The notes under the pieces were generated by a model. That model did no database searches. It worked only from the letters and a program-made list of their open reading frames with translations, and was not told the DNA's origin. A stretch of 64,000 nt of DNA from assembly GCA_965222155.1 (NCBI GenBank), contig CBDCTH010000004.1:320001-384000 (forward strand), read 5' to 3'. This DNA is from Gammaproteobacteria bacterium (GTDB taxonomy: Bacteria > Pseudomonadota > Gammaproteobacteria > Eutrophobiales > Eutrophobiaceae). The first letter of the stretch is position 1. Each line of letters starts with the position of its first letter. Position numbers and translations under genes: made by a program. Below, piece after piece: positions 10,139 through 20,491 of the stretch.

Positions 10139-11668
10139 TCAGTAATCCAATTCATCCATAAATTTTACAATTTTACTTTCCAGCACAGTTAGTTGAGCCA
10201 TTAAATGTTTACGTTCTGCAAGTTCATCCATCAAGTCAATTTGTTCCTTCTCCTTATAAGAATCGACATAAAGCGGAATATTTAAGTTATATTCATTCTC
10301 ATCGAGCTCTTCAAGGCTGGCTAGGTAAGCATATTTATGCGTGCTTACGCGGTCCCGGTAAGTAGCCACGATTTTAGCTATGTTCTCATCAGTTAGCTGG
10401 TTTTGGTATTTACCTCCTTTGAATTCATGGCTAGCGTCAATGAATAGCACAGAATTATCCGTTTTCGCCATTTTAAGAACCAGGATAACGACTGGAATGC
10501 TCGTGCCATAGAAAAGCTTTGCCGGTAGGCCTATTACCGCATCTAGTAGATTATCCTCGATCAGTTTCTTCCTAATCCTGCCTTCACGTAAGCCCCTGAA
10601 AAGAACACCGTGTGGCACCACTACACCAATACGTCCGGTTTTGGGCTTCAATGTTGCTAACATATGTAAGATAAATGCATAAATGCCCTTGGACTTGGGG
10701 GGAAGGCCTCGATGGAAGCGGCCATAATTGTCATCTTTGGCCTCATCGTATCCCCATTTGTTTAGCGAAAACGGCAGGCTGGCGGCCACGACATCAAACA
10801 ATAATAAGCCACCATTTTTATCCAACAGTTTGGGATTTTGTATTGTATCGCCCCATTCGATAGTATGGTTATTCTCCCCGTGCAGGAGCAAATTCATCTT
10901 GGCTATCGACCAGATGCCACCCAAAACTTCCTGACCATACAAAGCATATTCTTTACTTTTGTGGTTGGTGATTACTTTTTTTCCAAACTCTAGCAACAGC
11001 GAACCGGAGCCGCAGGCAGGGTCACAAATTCTGTCACCTGGTTGTGGGTCCAACAGTTCAGCGAGCAAATTACTGACCTCTGGTGGCGTATAAAAATCAC
11101 CGTCCTTCCGTTCACCACTGGCGGCAAAATTATTCATCAAAAATTCAAAAGCATTGCCGATCACATCCGGGGCGCCAACGCGGCTTGGTTTTAAATTTAG
11201 GTCTGGTTTGGCAAAGTCCTCCAGTAAGTGGCATAGGATGGCATTTTTCTGATTTTCTTCGCCAAGTTCATCGGAATTAAACGATAGGTATTGGAACACG
11301 CTATTACCGTCACCTTTGAGTTGAGTGCTGTTAACTTCTTCAAGGACGTGAAGGGCCTGGTTTATGCGCTCTCCATTACCCGGTTCGTGACGGTGCTGGC
11401 ACAGGTTGTAGAAGTTGGCGTCGAAGGGTATGGAAAAGCTTACATTTCTTATCTCGTCTTCGATTAATTCCTGTTTGCTGTCGTATTCTGCTTCGTAATC
11501 TCCATAACGATCCCGCCAGACATCAGAGAGGTACTTGAGAAACAATATAGAAAGGATAAGACCTTTGTACGTGTCGACACTAACGATTCCACGAAAGGAA
11601 TTGCAAGCAGCCCATAGAGCACTGTTAATGCTGTCTTGATAATTTAATCCTTTATCTAATCCATTCAT
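10139..11668 (-). CDS. hsdM: Type I R-M methyltransferase subunit with altered catalytic motif
   Basis: LWAACNSFRG, FLKYLSD, GDFYTP, DPACGSGSLL, VVVPHGVLFRG; SLPF at the NPPF position. Confidence 0.9.
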   Translation of the reverse strand: MNGLDKGLNYQDSINSALWAACNSFRGIVSVDTYKGLILSILFLKYLSDVWRDRYGDYEAEYDSKQELIEDEIRNVSFSIPFDANFYNLCQHRHEPGNGERINQALHVLEEVNSTQLKGDGNSVFQYLSFNSDELGEENQKNAILCHLLEDFAKPDLNLKPSRVGAPDVIGNAFEFLMNNFAASGERKDGDFYTPPEVSNLLAELLDPQPGDRICDPACGSGSLLLEFGKKVITNHKSKEYALYGQEVLGGIWSIAKMNLLLHGENNHTIEWGDTIQNPKLLDKNGGLLLFDVVAASLPFSLNKWGYDEAKDDNYGRFHRGLPPKSKGIYAFILHMLATLKPKTGRIGVVVPHGVLFRGLREGRIRKKLIEDNLLDAVIGLPAKLFYGTSIPVVILVLKMAKTDNSVLFIDASHEFKGGKYQNQLTDENIAKIVATYRDRVSTHKYAYLASLEELDENEYNLNIPLYVDSYKEKEQIDLMDELAERKHLMAQLTVLESKIVKFMDELDY

Positions 11669-11718
11669 GTTTCACTGTTAATTTGCAATTTACAATGTAG
11701 TGCTTCGCTGGTTTATTC

Positions 11719-12327
11719 TTATTGTTGTTTTAGTGTTGCCAATAAGTCGCTGGCAATGGTGTTCATCAACCGTTCACTATTACGTAACATTTGCTCAACA
11801 ATCTTCTTTTCCTGCCTCAGGGTGTTGGCCAGGTCAATGATGGCGCGCTGCTTAGCGAGCTTAGGCAACGCTACGGTTACATCTTCCAGCACACTGCGAC
11901 GTATGCTTTTTGTCAAGGTGCCTTCGGCATTTTGTTCTAAGTAGCTTTGGCAGGGGCGTTGATTTAAGAACCACGCCAAGTACCCGGGGATAACGTCATT
12001 GGACCTCAGTCTGATTACAAAGAAGTGTGGTGCGGCAACGGCCTGGATCCTTGCTTGAAACATCTCCTCATGTATGAGCACAGCATAGTAATGATTTCCA
12101 CGCGCTGCTACCAATATATCGCCAGGTTGCAGGTAGTTAGGTTCACGCTTGCCGGTCAACTCTGTATGAATGCAACTGGCCCAGTGAATTTCGTTCTGAG
12201 CAGTAATATCTTTCATCTGAACCGCGACAACGCCTGAGCCAGCCACTTCAGGAATTTTTCCCCGAAACGGATAACCAGCATTGATATCCGCAATTTGTTT
12301 CAGTTTTATCACACTTACTTGTTTCAT
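11719..12327 (-). CDS. Half-size type I R-M specificity-subunit-like protein
   Basis: KLKQIADINAGYPFRG, LQPGDIL, YLAWFLN, VALPKLAKQRAI; directly upstream of hsdM. Confidence 0.78.
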   Translation of the reverse strand: MKQVSVIKLKQIADINAGYPFRGKIPEVAGSGVVAVQMKDITAQNEIHWASCIHTELTGKREPNYLQPGDILVAARGNHYYAVLIHEEMFQARIQAVAAPHFFVIRLRSNDVIPGYLAWFLNQRPCQSYLEQNAEGTLTKSIRRSVLEDVTVALPKLAKQRAIIDLANTLRQEKKIVEQMLRNSERLMNTIASDLLATLKQQ

Positions 12328-12533
12328 AGATAATGATGCAATAAATATATGTTGACTCGAGACAAATGTCAATTTATGATTGTTTCATCGACGATGATGC
12401 ATTGTGCGAGATATGTATGGAGATTAGTATTCTTCAAGAGTTTCACCTAGAACAATGAAAGTAACTGTTGAAATCACCCGCCGGTTGGATTGTTACGAAC
12501 CGACTACTGAACAGGCAGAAGGTCACATAACAG

Positions 12534-12595
12534 CTTCGCGCAATAAAAAGACGCGCTTTCAACACGAAATTCCCGACTTTGATTTGGGGAAAACA
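12534..12595 (+). repeat. 62-bp left-end segment, copy 2
   Basis: Perfect direct repeat of 7318-7379. Confidence 0.92.
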
Positions 12596-12911
12596 ATCTA
12601 GTGAACATCTGATTAAGTCCCCATAATATGAGATCATGGACCAAGGTAAACCAACAAGGTGAATTCATGCAGCAGGAATCTTTTCAGAATTGGCCCAAGT
12701 CAGTGACGCTCATCGTCTGGATGGGTCGCCTGGAGTATTGGCTGACTAATATCAGTATCACCGTAATCTCGTGTCGACCTTTTTTCAGGTAGTGGTGGGT
12801 TTGTTAAAGGTGCTTAACAAAGATACAAAATAGTATTAAATGAGACTACATAATCCGGCATTGCCAAAATTATGACACATTTTAAGAGCGGGACTTAACT
12901 GGAGGTTCCCT

Positions 12912-13808
12912 ATGATCCACCCTGAATATCAGTATCTAAACCTGCTAAAACTTCTCGTTGAAAACGGTGATGAAAGAGAGGACCGAACTGGGGTGGGAAC
13001 CCGTGCAGTTTTTGGTTACGAAATGCGCTTCAACCTGGAGGATGGATTTCCTATATTCACAACAAAAAGAGTATTTTGGAAAACGGCATTTAAAGAGATG
13101 CTTTGGATGCTTTCAGGTGGGACAAACATTCGCGAGCTGTTGGAGCAGAATGTGAGAATTTGGACTGCGTGGCCACTGGAAAAATATCGGAAGACCACTG
13201 GCGAAAATATATCTCAGGATGAATTTGAAAAACGAATCCTGGATGATGAGATGTTCGCTAAAAAGTGGGGAGACCTGGGACCGGTTTATGGCAAGCAGTG
13301 GCGTCGATGGGTCACACGTGATGGGAGAGAAATTGATCAAGTTCAACTCGTCATTGACAAGATCAGAAACGAACCATACGGACGACGGATTCTCTGGGAT
13401 GGATGGAACGTCGGAGAAATTGGGGAGATGGCGCTTCCACCATGCCATAAACACTATCAATTTTTTGTAAAGCCTAAAGACAGCAAACTTTGTGGAGCTT
13501 TAATCCAGAGGAGCGCGGACTCTTTTTTAGGTTTAGCATGGAACGTTGCCAACTTAGCACTCGTGACGACACTGTTGGCAGAACAGACCAATTTACAGCC
13601 AGGGGAGATCGTCTGGTACGGCCTCGATGTCCACCTATACCTGAACCACATCTCCCAGGCTAAAGAACAAGTGTTGCGAGAACCCCGTCCATTCCCGACA
13701 CTCAAAATCAAACGTCGTGCGACAACCCTGTTTGACTACCGAATAGAGGATTTTGATTTGGAAAACTACGATCCACATCCCCATATATCAGCACCAATGG
13801 CAGTTTAA
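12912..13808 (+). CDS. thyA: Element-encoded complete thymidylate synthase (long type with small-domain insert)
   Basis: DRTGVGT, GDLGPVYGKQWR, MALPPCH (catalytic Cys), QRSADSFLGLAWN, DVHLYLNH, C-terminal PMAV; GGAGG RBS. Confidence 0.95.
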   Translation: MIHPEYQYLNLLKLLVENGDEREDRTGVGTRAVFGYEMRFNLEDGFPIFTTKRVFWKTAFKEMLWMLSGGTNIRELLEQNVRIWTAWPLEKYRKTTGENISQDEFEKRILDDEMFAKKWGDLGPVYGKQWRRWVTRDGREIDQVQLVIDKIRNEPYGRRILWDGWNVGEIGEMALPPCHKHYQFFVKPKDSKLCGALIQRSADSFLGLAWNVANLALVTTLLAEQTNLQPGEIVWYGLDVHLYLNHISQAKEQVLREPRPFPTLKIKRRATTLFDYRIEDFDLENYDPHPHISAPMAV

Positions 13809-13816
13809 TAAAATCA

Positions 13817-16558
13817 GTGACCACCAAACAAAACATAATAGGCGGTGAATGCCCAGAAAACACACCAGGTTGCATATGCAGAGAGATACGGCAACTCTAT
13901 GAAAATCGCGAGTTAAGACTCTATCGTGGGAAAATTTCTCAGAGGGATCTTCAACGCATTCTAGGGTCACCAGTCCACTCACTTTATTCATCTTCGAAAA
14001 ATAGGTTATATGAACAGGCTCGTCGATGTATTGCAAATTTCGATAAGTACTTATACAGCTGCGGTCATGGTACAGTCTGGGAAGAAAAAATTCCCCAAAT
14101 CGAGGCCTATTTAGAAATACAAAAAAAGGCCAAGACTCTACCGGTTAATCCAAGTGGGGATCTCGGCAGAACTACGGTATTAAAGCAATTTGGTATGGGC
14201 AAAAACGATACAAGCACCATACAAAATCGCGCCCCCCGTCTTAAGGCACTATTGGATAGATACGACATTACAGCAAAAGATCCCGCGTATTCACAGTATA
14301 AATATACAAAGTTCAATAAGGAATTAAAGCTACTACTCGAAGATCCAGACCTGAGTCTAACTCATGATCGAGTTGTAAATCTCAAATGGTTAAGCGAGAG
14401 GCTAGGAATTCCGGTACATGCGTTACAGAAAACACCTCAGTTAAAAGCCTTAGTTGCGGACAAGCAACGTGAAATTGATCGCCTTAGCCGTAAAGGGGAG
14501 ACACAACAATACTTCAGAATAAACGGAGTTTACCACCTAAACGTTGGTGCTAAGCCTTACTCAGATAAGCACAAACGAATATTTAACTTCAGTCGTCTAA
14601 TTGACTGCTATGGGCTCAATTTCACAGAAAAAGCCGCAACAGTTTTTGTGTCATTGATTTCAAATCTTGTATCGCCAGAGGCACAATACCGTCGAATTAT
14701 TCACTTTCTATTGTGGCTTGCAAAAGAGTCCCATCTGCATGGTGAAATAGTAGAGCGTCTCAAGAATAATAAACAGATCGATGGAACGATGTTTGAGCGG
14801 GCAATATTTTATTATAAGGAAGCAATTCTGTTTGATTTAAGTAAAAATGACATAAGCTGGAAATCTTCAAAATTCGAACTAGTCGTACTTCAGAAATTTG
14901 CAGATGCTGGAGTATTCCCGCAGATTAGAATTCCTGGAAAAAAAAGGGGGAATGTTCCTCGTGCCATCCGACCTAGGTCGTCTTTGGCCGAGGCTAAAAC
15001 AAAGACTGATGGTCTGAAGAATATTGCCCAGCTAATGGACACCACTAGCGCCCATTTTAATGTCAAGTTTGATATGGGCGAGGATACTATCGATTTTGCA
15101 GAAAATCTGGCAAGAGAGATAAATCAACGGGAGGACCTTCCAAAGGACCTGTCGCAAGCGGTTTGTGTCTTATGTGATGAGAGATTAACAGCTCTGCGAG
15201 TGTCCGCTTCAAAAATATTTGAAAGTTGGCGAGAACAGTATGAGTTAGGCCGGCAGTTGATTAGCCGTTCTCATGGAGAAGGTCATGCTATCTATCGTAA
15301 GCTACAAAATGCGGGAACAAACAAAAGTTCTTATAAATGGAAAAACACCGTCGCGGTTCTGTTTCCAAAACAAAATATTGAGATCGCACTGTGTAACCTG
15401 CTATCACTTGTCGATGAGTGTTTCAACGCAATATGTCCGTTAGTGACTACACATGAGTGGGGTCATTCTTGGACAAAGTTATACAATAAGATCGGCGGCA
15501 AGAATAGGGTGCAGTCGTTCTTATCTCCCACTAGTCTAGTGGCCTCTGCTGTAATTTGTCTCTATTTGTGTGAGACGGGAGCAAATGAGGCTGTTGCGAT
15601 ATCAATGGAGTCTGGTGCTATAAGACCATCGAATGTACCCAATCATCTGACTATAGTTGGAAACAAGGCCCGATCAAAAGGTAAGGCAATTTACGAAGAC
15701 CTTCCGCTTAAAAGTACGATTGATGGTTGTACCAGTGCCGCTGAGGCAATGTCATATTATCAGAGTGCGACTGATCGTTATCGCACAACAGATACTGAGC
15801 AGACTAAGCGACTATTTCTCTACATCGATCGTAGTAAAGTCAGACATATCACAGAATGGAAGCTACGGGAAGACATTTTGAAGATTTCCACTGACTCAAA
15901 AGAGCTATCAACTCTAAAGATTACTCCTTCCATGATTCGTCCGACCGTGCTACTCATGGAACATCTGAAAAATCCAATGAATCTGGGCGTGACACAGCTT
16001 CGTGCGAGGCATGAAAAAGACGGAACGACGCTCGGGTACGTTGGCAAGTTGCCATTAAGGCTAATTCTCACTGAAAAAATTCGCGAGTTCCAAGACACGA
16101 TACAGGTTATTGCAGTTAGCGGTCTTAAAGATGCACGGAATAAGCTAAGTATAGATCAAAACGACTGGGATGCTGCGAGTGATCGTGTCCAGCGCACCGG
16201 ATTGGGAACATTCTGTTTTGACCCAGAGGCAGGCGCTCAGCCTGACTACCCAAAGGGGAATAAATGCCAAGCACTTGATCGATGCCTGACCTACCCCTTA
16301 AAAATCGTCGTCGCGGAACCACAATCCATAGCAGATATGATTATTTGGAAAAAGGCGTTTGAATCTGCTGAAGGCAGATTTCTTGATGAGCGATATGAAC
16401 GTTGGGAGACAGTCTGGATGCCATGGCAAGTATTTATCCAGGTGGTTTTGGACGAGAAGATGACACGAGGGGAGCTTGCGAATATAAAAATGGAAGCGCA
16501 GAAAATTGCAAATTTGCGCATGCAATCGAAAGACTTCAAGTTACCCATGCCATGGTAA
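13817..16558 (+). CDS. Large protein with a degenerate C-terminal tyrosine-recombinase-like region
   Basis: ETGANEA / PSMIR / RARH / TLGY positions align loosely with the R..HxxR..H..Y layout; Cys-rich tail; starts 8 nt after the element thyA. Confidence 0.55.
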   Translation: MTTKQNIIGGECPENTPGCICREIRQLYENRELRLYRGKISQRDLQRILGSPVHSLYSSSKNRLYEQARRCIANFDKYLYSCGHGTVWEEKIPQIEAYLEIQKKAKTLPVNPSGDLGRTTVLKQFGMGKNDTSTIQNRAPRLKALLDRYDITAKDPAYSQYKYTKFNKELKLLLEDPDLSLTHDRVVNLKWLSERLGIPVHALQKTPQLKALVADKQREIDRLSRKGETQQYFRINGVYHLNVGAKPYSDKHKRIFNFSRLIDCYGLNFTEKAATVFVSLISNLVSPEAQYRRIIHFLLWLAKESHLHGEIVERLKNNKQIDGTMFERAIFYYKEAILFDLSKNDISWKSSKFELVVLQKFADAGVFPQIRIPGKKRGNVPRAIRPRSSLAEAKTKTDGLKNIAQLMDTTSAHFNVKFDMGEDTIDFAENLAREINQREDLPKDLSQAVCVLCDERLTALRVSASKIFESWREQYELGRQLISRSHGEGHAIYRKLQNAGTNKSSYKWKNTVAVLFPKQNIEIALCNLLSLVDECFNAICPLVTTHEWGHSWTKLYNKIGGKNRVQSFLSPTSLVASAVICLYLCETGANEAVAISMESGAIRPSNVPNHLTIVGNKARSKGKAIYEDLPLKSTIDGCTSAAEAMSYYQSATDRYRTTDTEQTKRLFLYIDRSKVRHITEWKLREDILKISTDSKELSTLKITPSMIRPTVLLMEHLKNPMNLGVTQLRARHEKDGTTLGYVGKLPLRLILTEKIREFQDTIQVIAVSGLKDARNKLSIDQNDWDAASDRVQRTGLGTFCFDPEAGAQPDYPKGNKCQALDRCLTYPLKIVVAEPQSIADMIIWKKAFESAEGRFLDERYERWETVWMPWQVFIQVVLDEKMTRGELANIKMEAQKIANLRMQSKDFKLPMPW

Positions 16559-18630
16559 TGAATGATCATTTAATACAAACACAGTTTACTGATAGTGAGA
16601 ATTTGATATCAGGGATTTTCGCTAACGCAAATACAGATAGATGGTTGGCATCCGTTTCGAGTGACCTTAGCCAATGGCAGATCTTCGATCTGGCGGGAAA
16701 CACCAGGCGAGAGTCACTGATAGACCTAAAATTTAAACTGGCGGACGGTAGTATGCTAACGGACGCACAGAATCGTGATTTGTTTATTATTGCAGTCGAA
16801 TATCTGGTGCTAATACGAATGTATTCGCCTGAAATGACCGCGAGTATACAAAGGAAACGGGTTAGGGATTTGCTGACATTCTACTTTTGGTTAAGTCAGC
16901 GTAGAGTCCGTTCGCTCCAGGCGGTCTCTCGTGACCACATTGATCTCTACACAGAAGCAAGTGTTTATGGCCAGGAATGGGCGACAGAAGCTCCTCAACG
17001 GCTTGTAAAGTATCTGCAGCACTGTCGTGAAAATGACGAAGAATTACCGAAGGAAAAACGCTGTCTAACTCGAGTATCGCGAAGCCGTCTTTATCGGGCG
17101 GCGGGGATCAGTTGGCCTACTGCTGAGCACTTGCACATCTGTTCACATATTATGAAGAGAGTAGAGAAAATAGGCCTGAATGAAGAACTGAGACTGCCAA
17201 TTCGCGATATATTGAGACTGTGTGGATATACGTTACAACCAAATACACAGGTACGCTTGAACGCAACGCTGCTACCTTTAGAAGAACTGTGGGAATGGAG
17301 ACACCAATTTTCCAAACCTACCCTAACAATTTGTCCCTATCCACATGGTGCATCGATGAGAGCGAAGCAGCTTGGGCGCGCTTCCGAACGACATAAGACT
17401 ATCCCGCCCCAGATTGCAATGCGGTATCTGAACGAAGCACTGAAATGGGTCATCGAATATTCTCCAGTCATTTTGCGCGGCATTGCCCAAAACTGGGACT
17501 GTCTTTATTTTACAAATTCCTTGTCGGCAATTGGGCTCAACATCACGGTATGTGATCATGAAAAACCTGCTATTTCTACTCGTAAGCGGAGCGTTAATCG
17601 CTATGGGCTAATTCGACTTCTTGGAGTTGCCTGCTTTATCGTTATTGCAAGCTTATCGGCGCGTAGACGTGGAGAGATATTGGAGCTTGGTGCTGGCCGT
17701 TGCAAGCAGGATTCAAGAGGTAAATATTGGTTAAAGCCCTATATTGAAAAGACATATCAACAATATGATGAGATCCCTGTTCCGAATTGCGTTTATGAAA
17801 GCATTCACCTTATGGAAACGCTCAGCGAAACTGCGCGTCAGGAGACAAATAGAGATTATATCTGGAAATTTCGACAGCCCTGGGATGGAAAATGTCGCGA
17901 TTTTCGCCCACAGAATTATCTCAATCAGTTCCGTCAATTATGTTCGTCCCTCTCAGGAACAGAATGGAGATTTTCATCACATCAGTTTCGTAGATTTTTT
18001 GCGATTGCTTACTTTAATTTTTTTGAAAAAGGGGATGTTGTAGCGCTGTCGTATCATCTTCGTCATCGTGAACTGGAAGATACCAAACATTATGTGACCG
18101 ACACTGAATTCGGAAAGCTATTGAAAGATGTATTCGGCGAATGGCAAGCATATTTTCTCAGGGATGTAGTACTTGGAACACGAAGCGTAGGCGGGAAAGC
18201 CGGACAGTGGTTAAACCAAAAGATTCATAAACTGCGACAACGTTTCCGAAAAGATGTCGAGGTTGTTAGCGTTGATCGTGTTGTCGATAGAATTCTGAGG
18301 TTAGTACGCAAGCTAGGAGTTCCACTTAAACTCCACATATGGGGAACTGTATGTGCATGTCCGCGGAAAACCTCATTTTCTAAGTATGCAAGTTGTAAAG
18401 GTTCAGCCGCCACTGGACCAAACTTTGCCAATGCGACGGAAGAGCTATGTGGCGTATGTCCTTTTGCGATTCAAACTTCTACCTACAAATCAAATGCTAA
18501 ATCGGCGTTAACGAACAGACGAAATCTGGCAAACGGATTAACCCAGGGCTCTTTGATACAGGAATTCGCAGCAACGAGTTCCGAGAGGTTGGAAAGTATC
18601 ATTGAAAAAGGAGAACCCTTTCCGCTTTAG
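16558..18630 (+). CDS. Large tyrosine recombinase/integrase
   Basis: SARRRGEI, SSHQFRRFF, HLRH, TKHY catalytic set; Cys-rich tail; TAATG coupling to the upstream gene. Confidence 0.85.
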   Translation: MNDHLIQTQFTDSENLISGIFANANTDRWLASVSSDLSQWQIFDLAGNTRRESLIDLKFKLADGSMLTDAQNRDLFIIAVEYLVLIRMYSPEMTASIQRKRVRDLLTFYFWLSQRRVRSLQAVSRDHIDLYTEASVYGQEWATEAPQRLVKYLQHCRENDEELPKEKRCLTRVSRSRLYRAAGISWPTAEHLHICSHIMKRVEKIGLNEELRLPIRDILRLCGYTLQPNTQVRLNATLLPLEELWEWRHQFSKPTLTICPYPHGASMRAKQLGRASERHKTIPPQIAMRYLNEALKWVIEYSPVILRGIAQNWDCLYFTNSLSAIGLNITVCDHEKPAISTRKRSVNRYGLIRLLGVACFIVIASLSARRRGEILELGAGRCKQDSRGKYWLKPYIEKTYQQYDEIPVPNCVYESIHLMETLSETARQETNRDYIWKFRQPWDGKCRDFRPQNYLNQFRQLCSSLSGTEWRFSSHQFRRFFAIAYFNFFEKGDVVALSYHLRHRELEDTKHYVTDTEFGKLLKDVFGEWQAYFLRDVVLGTRSVGGKAGQWLNQKIHKLRQRFRKDVEVVSVDRVVDRILRLVRKLGVPLKLHIWGTVCACPRKTSFSKYASCKGSAATGPNFANATEELCGVCPFAIQTSTYKSNAKSALTNRRNLANGLTQGSLIQEFAATSSERLESIIEKGEPFPL

Positions 18631-18640
18631 TCTTAGGTGA

Positions 18641-19171
18641 ATGATGAATAATACCAAGCGAGCAGGAGCACTGAGGCAGCAAATTCAAGTCCGTTTAGAA
18701 ATATTGGGGCGTTGGCAGGATAATGGTATCCCGGAAGGTTACAAGGTACCCGACTCCCTAAACAAGGTACGTACCTGGGAGGATGATTCACTTGGAATCC
18801 AGCGGATCGGCAGCCCATCGTCTTTTACCACCAGTCATTCTAGGTATGGTGGACAGGTAAAAAAGATTGCCAAGATCCTTGAGGAGTTAAATCGATCGAA
18901 GAGGAAAAAGCCTCGAAAAAACTCCAGTACTCAGCTACTTCACCAAGAAAGGGAGAAACTAGAGCACTACGAAAAAGCTCTCGTAGAAGCGGCTAATCAA
19001 TACGCAGTAATCACTGTTAATCTGAAAGAAGCCCAGCGTGATCTCCGTATTGACAGACAGAGTCTTGAATCGGCAAATAATGAGATTAAGCAGCTCAAGT
19101 CTCAATTGGCAAGGACGGAAAGTAGCAAACGGGTTGTCAGGTTTCCAGGAAGCGATGTTACATCAAATTAG
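18641..19171 (+). CDS. Small coiled-coil accessory protein of the recombinase module
   Basis: 176 aa, basic, heptad-rich C-terminal half; lies between two integrases. Confidence 0.6.
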   Translation: MMNNTKRAGALRQQIQVRLEILGRWQDNGIPEGYKVPDSLNKVRTWEDDSLGIQRIGSPSSFTTSHSRYGGQVKKIAKILEELNRSKRKKPRKNSSTQLLHQEREKLEHYEKALVEAANQYAVITVNLKEAQRDLRIDRQSLESANNEIKQLKSQLARTESSKRVVRFPGSDVTSN

Positions 19172-19213
19172 AACCAGGTGGGGCAACCATACCATATATA
19201 ACTTTTCTCGTTA

Positions 19214-20491
19214 TTGAGTAGCGCAGTGGGATCAATAGTTCCTTTTTTTATTAAGACAGATTCGCGTTGTGAGATAAATGGTATCTCGTACGCCGGTATC
19301 CCGATTTTCTTTGATGACAACGGTGTTATTTGGCCGTTATCAGATTATATGATTTCGCTTGTTTACCAGTGTCGAAAGCCTGCGAGCACCGTAGAAACCT
19401 ATGCGTACTATCTCCAAAAGTTTTTAAAGCACATCAACGAACAGGAAATAATTTGGTCTGATGTAACGGACGCTGATCTAATTAGATGGCGTGATCAGAT
19501 GATAGATATTGAATGTCTAAGGCCAGCGACAGCGTTTGCATGCTTGTTGAAAGTATTTCATTTTTATCAATGGGCTGAGGAATCTGGCATTTTGAAGTAT
19601 TCCGTCGCGACATATGATGAATGTAACAAGGCATCTTGCTCTTGCCATAACCGAATCTATCAAATTTCCGCTGTTAGGAGAGGTAGAAGCAACTACTATA
19701 CTTGGCCGTACCTCCCAAGGATAAATCAACAGGCAAATAGGCATACTCCGGTTAACGAAGAAATTGAAAAGCTACATGTAGCAGCCTTCAATTCATCGAC
19801 CGGGCAAAGGGATTCGCTATTACTCAGCTTATATGAAGACCTTTGCCTGCGTCGTATGGAAGCACTAAGCATAACAATAAAGGATATTCCGCCATGGGAT
19901 GAGATAGAGGAATATATTGAATCTGATAAAGTCTTTACACTTACGATTTTAGGCAAGAGAAACAGAGTTCGACATGTACCTGTGCTTCCTGAACTAATGG
20001 TTAGAGCACGTGAATATATTGAAGGGCAGCGCAGGGTAGTAATTAAGAGGGCAAAAAGTAGAAACTCAACTTTTAAGCCCCCTGACGAGTTATTTTTAGG
20101 TGCGACTACGGCTTTGCCTCTGACGAAAGGGTATGTTTCCAGACATGTATCAGGGTTGATGCAGTCCACCATAGATATCAAGCAAGCCTCAGGACACCGT
20201 CTTCGGGCATCCGGACTTACAGCATTGGCTGAAGCCTATGATGGTTTTGATGAAACAGGTAGACCATTTTCCGCGGAACAAGTTCTCTGGAAAGTGGCAG
20301 ATCATGCGGGTCACGCTAATCCATCATCTCTGCAACCATATCTCAACAGCGCACGAAGTCCGAAGCATGGGTCGAATGTAGAGAAAGGAATACGAGACGA
20401 TACGCGTTTACACCTGCTTAAACGAGAAAATGCGGAATTGAAAGCCAAGCTAAAAAAGCGTGGTAATTCTGATAACAAAACGGGATTATAA
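19214..20491 (+). CDS. Tyrosine recombinase/integrase
   Basis: TVETYAYYLQKF core-binding helix, LRRMEAL, GKR, GHRLR, HAGH, LQPY. Confidence 0.88.
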   Translation: MSSAVGSIVPFFIKTDSRCEINGISYAGIPIFFDDNGVIWPLSDYMISLVYQCRKPASTVETYAYYLQKFLKHINEQEIIWSDVTDADLIRWRDQMIDIECLRPATAFACLLKVFHFYQWAEESGILKYSVATYDECNKASCSCHNRIYQISAVRRGRSNYYTWPYLPRINQQANRHTPVNEEIEKLHVAAFNSSTGQRDSLLLSLYEDLCLRRMEALSITIKDIPPWDEIEEYIESDKVFTLTILGKRNRVRHVPVLPELMVRAREYIEGQRRVVIKRAKSRNSTFKPPDELFLGATTALPLTKGYVSRHVSGLMQSTIDIKQASGHRLRASGLTALAEAYDGFDETGRPFSAEQVLWKVADHAGHANPSSLQPYLNSARSPKHGSNVEKGIRDDTRLHLLKRENAELKAKLKKRGNSDNKTGL

